Source: a virus
Lineage: Duplodnaviria > Caudoviricetes
IMG/VR virus record: IMGVR_UViG_2841255697_000002
Coordinates: 10,177 to 74,176 of that record
Length of the DNA: 64,000 bases
Strand: one strand, 5' to 3'
Positions 29,460-37,451 of the stretch are shown here, piece by piece. Positions within the stretch are counted from its first letter, which is position 1, and every line of letters starts with the position of its first letter. The notes under the pieces were generated by a model that searched no databases, was not told the origin of the DNA, and saw nothing but the letters and a program-made list of their open reading frames with translations. The position numbers and the translations under genes were made by a program.

Positions 29460-29517
29460 TCATTATGCCCGGTGTACTTACCATCCCGAAAATCTGGGAG
29501 TTGATATCAAGGGCAAA

Positions 29518-29685
29518 ATAATTGTGTTAAGAGAACTTTTATACTGTGCACAGGTAAAAGTCATGCGAACCTACACTGCATTAGGCTGTAAGGAGATAAG
29601 GCATATAGCACGCAGTTTGATCACCTGCAAAATTTTGGATATAAGTCAGATGCGATCCAGAAAATAGAGCACTTAACACAATTAT
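29518..29685 (+). ncRNA. Unassigned structured RNA (168 nt, multibranch)
   Basis: 14-bp closing helix ATAATTGTGTTAAG/CTTAACACAATTAT enclosing four hairpins. Confidence 0.55.
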
Positions 29686-29702
29686 ATTCATTATGGCAAC
29701 TT

Positions 29703-29778
29703 GGAGACTTAACTCAGCGGTTAGAGTGGGGAGCTTATATCTCTCTGGTCGGGGGTTCAAATCCCTCAGTCTCTACCA
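29703..29778 (+). tRNA. tRNA-Ile (anticodon UAU)
   Basis: Cloverleaf GGAGACT/AGTCTCT, anticodon arm GGGAG-CTTATAT-CTCTC, T loop TTCAAAT, encoded CCA. Confidence 0.88.
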
Positions 29779-29779
29779 T

Positions 29780-29824
29780 GGCGATGATAGGTCTATTCAT
29801 TCGGTTCGAGTCCGAACATCGCCG
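29780..29824 (+). ncRNA. tRNA minihelix-like RNA (acceptor stem + T arm only)
   Basis: GGCGATG-13 nt-TTCGG-TTCGAGT-CCGAA-CATCGCC-G. Confidence 0.65.
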
Positions 29825-29832
29825 CAATCTGA

Positions 29833-29978
29833 GAACAAGCTGTTTAGTCAAGGAAAGAGCTTGGGAGATTCCACTGGTTTGTGCATTGTACCAAAACTTG
29901 ACTAGGGAAACCGAAAGAAAAATGCACCTTTCTTTCAAACCTGTTCGGCGGTCAGGACAAAACCGCCAAAACTAAACA
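29833..29978 (+). ncRNA. Structured, pseudoknotted element in the rtcB 5' leader
   Basis: Helices TAGTCAAG/CTTGACTA, GAAAGAAA/TTTCTTTC, GGCGGT/ACCGCC; complementary loops GTGCATT/AATGCAC. Confidence 0.5.
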
Positions 29979-29990
29979 TAGGAGACAATA

Positions 29991-31196
29991 ATGTTAGAGA
30001 TCAAAGGCAAATACAACACTGCCAAAATATTTACAGAAAATATTGAAGATGAAGCTAAAAAACAGATAATGACTTTATGCGATCAAAAGTTCACTCAAGA
30101 TTCTAAAATTAGAATTATGCCAGATGTTCATGCAGGGGCGGGTTGCACCATAGGGACAACGATGACCATTAAAGACAAAGTTGTTCCAAATCTTGTTGGA
30201 GTCGATATAGGCTGTGGGATGGAAGTAGTGCAGCTACTCAATAAAGAAATTGATTTTAAGAAACTTGACAATGTTATTAGAGAGAACATACCCTTTGGTT
30301 TTCACGTAAGAACGAAGGCGTTAGAAGGCGCAATGATGATGAGGAAATCCATTAACGAACTAAAATGTGTGGATGAAGCAAATTTAAACGTTGATAGGGC
30401 TTTACAAAGCATTGGGACACTAGGTGGAGGAAATCACTTTATCGAGATTGACCAGGACGATGAAGGAATTCTATATTTAGTAATCCATTCAGGCAGTAGA
30501 CATCTTGGGGTAGAAGTAGCAAAGTATTATCAGAATTTAGCATATCGTTTATTGGATAATACCAGAGTTAAAAAACAAGAAATCATTAATGCTGCAATCG
30601 CAGAAGGATGTGAACAAGAGATTGAAAAACGTCTCAAAGTGTTTCAATCCTCATATGAGCGGATGCCGAAAGAATTATCATATCTTGAGAATCAATCTTA
30701 CCTAGATTATTTGATGGATATGATAATTGTACAGAAATATGCCGACATAAACAGAAAAATGATTTCGGAACAGATTATCAAGAAAATGGATTTGGAAGTT
30801 CAAGAAAGTTTTTCTACCATTCACAATTATATTGACATAGATATGATGATTCTGCGCAAGGGAGCCGTATCAGCAAAAAAGGGAGAAAAGCTTCTTATCC
30901 CAATGAACATGCGCGATGGCAGTTTGATATGTATTGGAAAGGGCAATCCAGAATGGAATTTCTCAGCACCGCATGGAGCTGGGCGGTTATTTTCAAGAAG
31001 TCAGGCGAAAAGGCGATTTTCAGTGGAAGTGTTTAAAGAAGAAATGTCAAATGTATACTCTACAACTGTTTCTGAGATGACACTTGATGAAAGCCCAATG
31101 GCCTACAAACCAATGGAGGAAATCATAAAAAATATAAAAGAAACTGCGGATGTCAAAAAAGTTATTAAGCCGGTATACAATTTTAAGGCAGATTAA
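29991..31196 (+). CDS. rtcB: RNA 2',3'-cyclic phosphate/5'-OH ligase RtcB
   Basis: MPDVHAG, GVDIGCG, GTLGGGNHFIE, IHSGSR, HNY, RKGA, SAPHGAGR, DESPMAYK. Confidence 0.95.
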   Translation: MLEIKGKYNTAKIFTENIEDEAKKQIMTLCDQKFTQDSKIRIMPDVHAGAGCTIGTTMTIKDKVVPNLVGVDIGCGMEVVQLLNKEIDFKKLDNVIRENIPFGFHVRTKALEGAMMMRKSINELKCVDEANLNVDRALQSIGTLGGGNHFIEIDQDDEGILYLVIHSGSRHLGVEVAKYYQNLAYRLLDNTRVKKQEIINAAIAEGCEQEIEKRLKVFQSSYERMPKELSYLENQSYLDYLMDMIIVQKYADINRKMISEQIIKKMDLEVQESFSTIHNYIDIDMMILRKGAVSAKKGEKLLIPMNMRDGSLICIGKGNPEWNFSAPHGAGRLFSRSQAKRRFSVEVFKEEMSNVYSTTVSEMTLDESPMAYKPMEEIIKNIKETADVKKVIKPVYNFKAD

Positions 31197-31214
31197 GGCA
31201 TTTTATTGCCTTAA

Positions 31215-31290
31215 GGGGGTATCGCCAAGTCGGTAAGGCACAGGATTTTGATTCCTGAATACACCGGTTCGATTCCGGTTACCCCTTCCA
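31215..31290 (+). tRNA. tRNA-Gln (UUG)
   Basis: Cloverleaf, CAGGA-TTTTGAT-TCCTG anticodon arm, encoded CCA. Confidence 0.9.
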
Positions 31291-31295
31291 ATTTT

Positions 31296-31371
31296 ATAGG
31301 TGTAGTTCAAGCGGCAGAACAACAGTCTCCAAAACTGTAAGATGTAGGTTCAAATCCTACTACCTATGCCA
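31296..31371 (+). tRNA. tRNA-Trp (CCA)
   Basis: Cloverleaf, ACAGT-CTCCAAA-ACTGT anticodon arm, encoded CCA. Confidence 0.9.
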
Positions 31372-31530
31372 ATATTTACAAGGAGAAAGGGATGATGGAC
31401 ACTACAGATAAATTAATAATGCTCGATGACCAACTTTCGGACTGTGAAAGGTATAGTCCAGAGTGGTACGAAATTGAAGCTTTGGTAAATGATGCGTATA
31501 TAGAATTGCTTGGAGGTGATTAAATAGAAG

Positions 31531-31902
31531 ATGACAATTTCAGAATATATAGACGAACACAATCAATACGATGTGTTCATGTTGGTTGATCAAAACCTGG
31601 AGGTGAAATTTTACGTTTATGTAGGGTGTGATGGAGATACAAGTATCGAGAAACTGGTAAATTATTTTAAAGAAAATATTGAATTAGATCACGCTGAAGA
31701 CGATGAAATCTTTATTGATTTTGAAAGCTATGTGTCTGAGAATAAAAGTCACCTTTTGCGGATTCGTGCTCAAGAAAGAGAGTCCGATCAAAAATATGCA
31801 AAAGGTATTGCGGAAATTATAGAATCCGCAATGACAGGTTATGTCTCAGAACAAACAGCGAAAAAAGTATTAATCATTTTAGAAACGGAGGAAGAAGAAT
31901 AA
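31531..31902 (+). CDS. Hypothetical protein
   Basis: Intact ORF in operon. Confidence 0.6.
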   Translation: MTISEYIDEHNQYDVFMLVDQNLEVKFYVYVGCDGDTSIEKLVNYFKENIELDHAEDDEIFIDFESYVSENKSHLLRIRAQERESDQKYAKGIAEIIESAMTGYVSEQTAKKVLIILETEEEE

Positions 31903-33075
31903 GTGCTACTTAAGAAAAAATATTTGAAAGAGAATGTTGCGGTATGGTGTGATACAAAAGAACAGGCAAAAGTCTTGTTAGCCGAATTAGAAAAATTGGA
32001 TTATGAGTGGACAACTGGTGATAAACCAACTGGTCATACCAATTTCGTTGAAGAAGGAATACGGTATTTTATTAAGACAAACAAAGACCTGACTTATTGC
32101 AACAGAAAAGATTTCCGGTCTGACGATACAGATGCATACATTGGCTTCATGGAAATTATAAAGTCAATTACCAAAAAAGAGAGAGGGATTCTTGAAAAAG
32201 CCCGATCAGATGGATATGCCTTTATTTCGAGAGACAAGTTAGATTTATTGTATTTATCAGACAGAAAACCAGAAAAACGATCTGAAGTATGGTTTTGTGA
32301 TTTTCCTGCAAATTGGAAGAAGTTGAGCACAAATTTATTTAAAATGGTCAAATGGGAGGATTATAAACCCAAAAAGGTAAGTGAATTATTACAATACTAT
32401 ACAGAACCAGAAGCGGTGATTTTTGAAGTTGGAGACTATGTTGAAAGCACTATTCATGGAAAAACTGAAAGAGGGACAATTGTTAAAACTGGAGATAAAA
32501 TTTTTCTCGTCAATTTTGGTCCGAAGTTTAGTGGACATAGTGGAAGCCTCGATGGTACTTTTTACGTGGACACCTTATGGAACTGCCCTAAAGAAGACCT
32601 GAAATTGATTAGCAAAAATAGATCACCTAAAAATGGCGATACTGTGTTTTGCGTCAATAGCGAAGCAGCTGAATGTAATTATAGTGACGGTCTTAAGTAT
32701 AGCAAAGTAATTGAAAAAGGCAGAAACTCTTGTTATGATATGGAAATTGAAATATTAGACCATAAAGATGGTGATTTTATTAAACAAAATGATGTTGTCA
32801 AATCAGAAGGATTTGTAGTAATGCAAGGGATGACAGAAGATGATATAAGACCAGTCGTTGCTCTTGAGCCTGGCGATCTGGTAACTGGCAATGATCGAAA
32901 TAGTTATGGTTATACTACAAAGGGAGAGTTAATGGAAGTCATGGAGGTTGACAGTAGTTTATCTTGTGACTTAAAGGTCAAAATGATCTCTGGAACAACA
33001 TCAGGACAATTATTTCCGGTTGAATCAAAGTATTTTACAAAAGTGGATCCAGAGAAAATTAAGGTAGCTGCATGA
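31903..33075 (+). CDS. Multidomain hypothetical protein with repeated SH3/KOW-like modules
   Basis: Repeated FEVGDYV / KNGDTV / EPGDLV starts. Confidence 0.6.
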   Translation: MLLKKKYLKENVAVWCDTKEQAKVLLAELEKLDYEWTTGDKPTGHTNFVEEGIRYFIKTNKDLTYCNRKDFRSDDTDAYIGFMEIIKSITKKERGILEKARSDGYAFISRDKLDLLYLSDRKPEKRSEVWFCDFPANWKKLSTNLFKMVKWEDYKPKKVSELLQYYTEPEAVIFEVGDYVESTIHGKTERGTIVKTGDKIFLVNFGPKFSGHSGSLDGTFYVDTLWNCPKEDLKLISKNRSPKNGDTVFCVNSEAAECNYSDGLKYSKVIEKGRNSCYDMEIEILDHKDGDFIKQNDVVKSEGFVVMQGMTEDDIRPVVALEPGDLVTGNDRNSYGYTTKGELMEVMEVDSSLSCDLKVKMISGTTSGQLFPVESKYFTKVDPEKIKVAA

Positions 33076-33227
33076 CAAAAAATGATGAAATAACTGAATT
33101 GAACAATCTGCTTCAACCATTAGTTCCCTGGATTGAAAAATATCTGCACCCATATAAGTATATTGTGATTAGTAAAGATAGTGTGCGTGTTATATCAGAT
33201 GATTATGGTATGACGTTGGAAGAGTAG

Positions 33228-33425
33228 GTGATTAAAATAAAAACAGAAAGCCACACCCCTGATATTTTTGCTGAAACAATTATCGATATACAAAACAGAT
33301 TAGTCAGACTTGAGAGAATAGAGCTTACTAATAAATTTTACCTAGAAACGCTTTTAGGGATTGAATATGAGACTAATGATAATAGCGGCGATGGAACAGA
33401 TAGTGCCGATAGAAGTAAGAACTAA
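33228..33425 (+). CDS. Small hypothetical protein
   Basis: AGGTGA RBS; start uncertain (possibly ATA 33237). Confidence 0.45.
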   Translation: MIKIKTESHTPDIFAETIIDIQNRLVRLERIELTNKFYLETLLGIEYETNDNSGDGTDSADRSKN

Positions 33426-33608
33426 TATGGCAATATTAATTTTTCGATCTTTCTTTGACGAGGATTTTATTTCATTAATAGAAACAATTAGTTCCTCTTG
33501 CTTTGAATTGAGATCGTCAACTTGTCTTTTGTAAACAGTCTTGTCGTAAGGGATGGTTTCAAATTCAAGATATTTCTTGTCAATTTTAGGAGAGGGGATT
33601 GTATTCAT
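33354..33608 (-). CDS. Counter-oriented membrane-anchored protein
   Basis: C-terminal TM helix; own RBS and TGTTATAAT -10 at 33636-33644. Confidence 0.65.
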   Translation of the reverse strand: MNTIPSPKIDKKYLEFETIPYDKTVYKRQVDDLNSKQEELIVSINEIKSSSKKDRKINIAILVLTSIGTICSIAAIIISLIFNP

Positions 33609-33674
33609 AATGGTATTCCTTTAGTTTTTACTATTATTATAACATATTTTAAGAAAGTAGGTGATTAAAAACAA

Positions 33675-34667
33675 ATGAGAAAAAATACGATTGGAAAATT
33701 AGAAGGTTACAAAGATGTCATTAAAGCGAAAGATCTTAAAGATATTCTAGATATAAATTTAGGTAAGGTTTATCAGTTATTAAATTCTGGAGAGATCAAA
33801 GCAAAGAAAGATGACACGGGTTATTGGATTATACGCAAACAATCTGTGGCAGAATATTTAGACAGGATTGAAGAAACAACGAATACAAACATAAACAGCT
33901 CTGATTTAATCAATATTCGAGATCGACAAGGTCAAATGGTTGTCAGCAGCCGGGAGGTGGCACAGAATTTTGGAAAACGTCATGATCATATTTTAAGAGA
34001 CGTTAAAAATATGATGAAAAATGACTCACCCCAAAATTGGGGACAGTATTTCATTACATCAGAATATAAAGATTTAAGCGGGAAGTCCAATAGAGAGTAC
34101 CTTTGTACCCGGGACGGTTTCACATTATTAGCAATGGGATTTACCGGGCAGAAAGCTATCGAGTGGAAGATCAAATACATCGACGCATTCAATAAGATGG
34201 AGCAAACTATCAATGAACAAGGGATTGTGCTGCCAAAAGATTTTTCTTCAGCATGTCGGATGTTAGCTGATCAATTTGAAGAAAACCAACGATTAAACGA
34301 ACAAGTTCTGGAAATGAAACCGAAAACAGAATACCTAGACACACTGCTAAAAACCGATAATCTTTTAACGGTGACAACCATTGCCAAAGCCTATGGTATG
34401 TCCGCAGAAGCATTTAATCAACTCTTACATAGTCTTGGTATCCAATGGAGATATAAAGGCAGAAATCAAAAGTGGCATCTTTACCAGGAATATACGAATG
34501 AAGGTTATGCTTATGAACAATGGTATATTGATCCTGAGACAAATGATAAACATTATAGCGGTTTAAAATGGACAAACAAAGGCGTTAAATTCTTATACGA
34601 GCTATTAAATGAGAATGGTATTCAGCCATTAGTTGAGATGAAACCAGAATTTGGATTGGTATCATAG
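33675..34667 (+). CDS. Antirepressor: excisionase-like HTH + Rha + KilAC/ANT domains
   Basis: SSREVAQNFGKRHDHILRD, TRDGFTLLAMGFTGQKA, TVTTIAKAYGMSA, WTNKG. Confidence 0.88.
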   Translation: MRKNTIGKLEGYKDVIKAKDLKDILDINLGKVYQLLNSGEIKAKKDDTGYWIIRKQSVAEYLDRIEETTNTNINSSDLINIRDRQGQMVVSSREVAQNFGKRHDHILRDVKNMMKNDSPQNWGQYFITSEYKDLSGKSNREYLCTRDGFTLLAMGFTGQKAIEWKIKYIDAFNKMEQTINEQGIVLPKDFSSACRMLADQFEENQRLNEQVLEMKPKTEYLDTLLKTDNLLTVTTIAKAYGMSAEAFNQLLHSLGIQWRYKGRNQKWHLYQEYTNEGYAYEQWYIDPETNDKHYSGLKWTNKGVKFLYELLNENGIQPLVEMKPEFGLVS

Positions 34668-34691
34668 AAAGGAGAACGACAATGGATGTGA

Positions 34692-35066
34692 TCAACCAAA
34701 CTCTATTTTAATACCATCAATCTCGATATCATCATAAAACGATGTACTATAATATTCTTTTTTTAATTTTTCAAAACAAAACTGAACACGTTTATCACGG
34801 TGTGGGTTATTATGGTTTTTACATTCTATTTCAAACATTTTGAAGGCAAAAAATAAATACTTAGATTCAAGTTCTTCAAGTTGAGTGATATTTGACAACT
34901 TCATAGATTTAATAGTTTTGAGTTTTAATAGCATATTGTCGATGGAATCAAGATACTCGTAAATATTTTTTGAATCAAGTAATATTGACCAACGTGCACT
35001 ACTAGCATCGCTCATTGCCCCAAAGAATAAATCTGCCATTAGTTTTGAAAAATCATTATAATCCAA
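34692..35066 (-). CDS. Counter-oriented hypothetical protein
   Basis: AAGGAG RBS, TTG start, TATAAT at 35112-35117 on minus strand. Confidence 0.6.
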   Translation of the reverse strand: MDYNDFSKLMADLFFGAMSDASSARWSILLDSKNIYEYLDSIDNMLLKLKTIKSMKLSNITQLEELESKYLFFAFKMFEIECKNHNNPHRDKRVQFCFEKLKKEYYSTSFYDDIEIDGIKIEFG

Positions 35067-35163
35067 TGTTTAAGCTCCTTTAGAAAAAAGTTAATACATT
35101 ATTTTATATTAATTATACAACAAAGAATAATAAACAACAATATTAAAAAGGTAGGTAGTAAAA

Positions 35164-35994
35164 ATTAATGAATTAAAAATATTTGAAAAAGAAGAATTCG
35201 GTCAAGTAAGATGTATGGAAATTGACAGTGAACCTTGGTTTGTTGGTAAAGATGTGGCAGAAGCGCTTGGCTACGAAAAGCCGACAGACAGCGTTAGAAA
35301 ACGAGTTGATGAGGAAGATAGAGGTATCTCCAAAATGGAGACCCCTTCGGGCATTCAAAATATGACGATCATCAATGAATCCGGTCTTTATAGTCTAATC
35401 CTGTCCAGCAAGCTCCCATCAGCCAAACAATTCAAACGCTGGGTGACAAGCGAAGTACTCCCAGAACTTAGAAAAACAGGGGGCTATAGTATTCAGAACT
35501 TAACAGGACTTTCACCAGAGACAGTAGCATTAATGAAAGCAACTGAAGCGCTCGTGATGATTGAAAAAAAGCAAAATGAGCTGGAATCGAAAGTCGACAA
35601 TACCAACCAAAGAATTGATAGTATCTCAGACCTCATTGTATTGAGTCCAAAGAACTGGAGAATCGAAAGTGAAAAGATTATTATGATGATTGCAGAAGCA
35701 AGAGGTGGAACACAATACATTGCTGTGACAAGAAAAGAGATTTACAATGCAATGGACCAAAGGTTAGGGAAAAGACTTTTTGACAGATTGAAACGTCGTC
35801 GCAGAAGAATGAGAATAAATGGAGCAACAGAAACAGCTATCAAGAGACTAAGCATTCTCGACATTATTGAAACATCCGATGATAGTAAAACCCTGATTGA
35901 AGGTTATCTTTTCATCCTTAAAGAAACTGCAATTAAATATGGGGTCGATAAAGTTATTATTGAAAATAAACCAGGATTAACTTTGGTTTCATAG
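35164..35994 (+). CDS. BRO-N family antirepressor, probable ATT start
   Basis: (I/M)NELKIFEKEEFGQVR...PWFVGKDVAEALGY...INESGLYSLILSSKLPSAKQFKRWVTSEVLP. Confidence 0.88.
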   Translation: MNELKIFEKEEFGQVRCMEIDSEPWFVGKDVAEALGYEKPTDSVRKRVDEEDRGISKMETPSGIQNMTIINESGLYSLILSSKLPSAKQFKRWVTSEVLPELRKTGGYSIQNLTGLSPETVALMKATEALVMIEKKQNELESKVDNTNQRIDSISDLIVLSPKNWRIESEKIIMMIAEARGGTQYIAVTRKEIYNAMDQRLGKRLFDRLKRRRRRMRINGATETAIKRLSILDIIETSDDSKTLIEGYLFILKETAIKYGVDKVIIENKPGLTLVS

Positions 35995-36052
35995 AGAGGA
36001 GAATTCCAATGGAGAATAAAACTTAACAGCAAGTTCAGTGATCGCATTATGC

Positions 36053-36081
36053 TTGACCTGAATTGCAACATGTTATATAAT
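36053..36081 (+). promoter_or_regulatory. SigA-type promoter containing an operator-like motif
   Basis: TTGACC-17-TATAAT; CAACATGTTAT in spacer. Confidence 0.7.
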
Positions 36082-36115
36082 GTAGTATAATAATAGTTTC
36101 ATGAGAGGTTGAGAT

Positions 36116-37087
36116 ATGAAGAAAAGTGATTGCAAAACTTGGAATGAATACATAAAAGATTTTTCTGAAAATATAGATGTCAAAGCGACAACTATAGGAG
36201 GTTATGTTCGAGGAATAAAGGATTTCGCGAAATACTATTATAACGTATCTTTATTTGATGAAATAATGGATCAACCGTTTAAAATGTTCACACGAAACGA
36301 TTTTATTAAAGCACGTGAGCATATGATAGAGGAAGATCTTTCTGCATCCAAAATTAATAGTGCGCATTCTGCACTAACAAAGTTTGGTGAGTATCTACAA
36401 AAATATGGTTATGAATCGCCAAACCTTCAAGGTTTACGCTATTCAAAAGTAGAAGTAGAAGAAAAAGAAGATCAATATTTTCATATAACTGAAATTTATG
36501 ATATTGCCAATTCTGCGGAGAAGGCACTTGACAATGCGTGTATTCGTATGTGTTTTGAAGGTGCATTAGAAAGAAGATATTTATGCAAAATAAAAGAAAC
36601 TGATTTTGATTTTAATAAAAAGATGCTACGAGTTTATAATTATGATACAAAGTCAATTGAGAGGTACTGTTATTTTTCTGATGAAACAATGGATATAATT
36701 CTAAAAGCTTTCTCGGATATGCATCAATTAATGGATAGAATTAATGAAAATAAATTAAAAGCCAATCAAGAAGTAACCAGAATACAGCCCTTTTTATTTC
36801 AAACAGATAGCGTAATTGAACCAGAATATAGTTCTGTAAATCGATCTATTAAAAGAACTGCCGAAAAATATTGTGATAAATTAGGTTTAAATAAAGAGAA
36901 ACGTAAAGAAATGATAAGTCGTATCACTGCATCTAATATTATTGCGAGCAGAAGGATATATTTGTTTTCATTGTGCTCTGATGTCTATAAAGTCATGGCT
37001 GAAACGGGAGGAACGAACTATAGAACAGTATCGAGATATAAGAAATATGCTCCAGTGTACTATCCAGAGACGTTAATTGTACGATGA
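36116..37087 (+). CDS. Catalytically degenerate tyrosine-recombinase-fold protein (MrpR/YopR-like repressor candidate)
   Basis: SAM-like N-terminus and integrase architecture; catalytic R, HxxR and H replaced (EGALERRYL, ITASNIIASR, ETGGTN). Confidence 0.65.
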   Translation: MKKSDCKTWNEYIKDFSENIDVKATTIGGYVRGIKDFAKYYYNVSLFDEIMDQPFKMFTRNDFIKAREHMIEEDLSASKINSAHSALTKFGEYLQKYGYESPNLQGLRYSKVEVEEKEDQYFHITEIYDIANSAEKALDNACIRMCFEGALERRYLCKIKETDFDFNKKMLRVYNYDTKSIERYCYFSDETMDIILKAFSDMHQLMDRINENKLKANQEVTRIQPFLFQTDSVIEPEYSSVNRSIKRTAEKYCDKLGLNKEKRKEMISRITASNIIASRRIYLFSLCSDVYKVMAETGGTNYRTVSRYKKYAPVYYPETLIVR

Positions 37088-37102
37088 AAATTCCGCAGGA
37101 AT

Positions 37103-37193
37103 CGAACATATGTTTTTGTAAAACAAAATAAATGTTCTTGACTTACCTTTATGGAAGGAGTATAATACTATTATAAAAGAAAACACACGTTCT
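37103..37193 (+). promoter_or_regulatory. SigA promoter flanked by LexA/SOS-box-like sites
   Basis: TTGACT(37138)-17-TATAAT(37161); CGAACATATGTTTT (37103) and AAAACACACGTTCT (37180). Confidence 0.65.
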
Positions 37194-37230
37194 TTATGGG
37201 CTTGTTTACAAAACGGGGGAGGTGAGAGCC

Positions 37231-37437
37231 TTGAATTTAGATGATTATATTGTAGAAAATCTGGAGTCAACGATGTGCTTGTTAGATGATCTGCAAAAAT
37301 CTGGAGAAATAACTTTAAAAGGCTGTCTAAGAGTAATGAGATGTTTAATGGATTTTGAAACAGAGGGATTAGAAGAAGAGGCTCTCGTTTTTCAAATGAT
37401 TAATAATTTTGATGTGAATCAAGTATTAACAAATTAG
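37231..37437 (+). CDS. Small hypothetical protein
   Basis: GGAGGTGA RBS, TTG start. Confidence 0.55.
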   Translation: MNLDDYIVENLESTMCLLDDLQKSGEITLKGCLRVMRCLMDFETEGLEEEALVFQMINNFDVNQVLTN

Positions 37438-37451
37438 AAGGAGGACAATAT

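Noticed and set aside
29459-29520. Theta/HDV-like ribozyme after the tRNA-like gene
   Set aside because: Could not build the nested double pseudoknot; pairing fits a simple closed junction
29693-29975. Track ORFs overlapping tRNA-Ile and the rtcB leader
   Set aside because: Coincide with RNA structures; no SD
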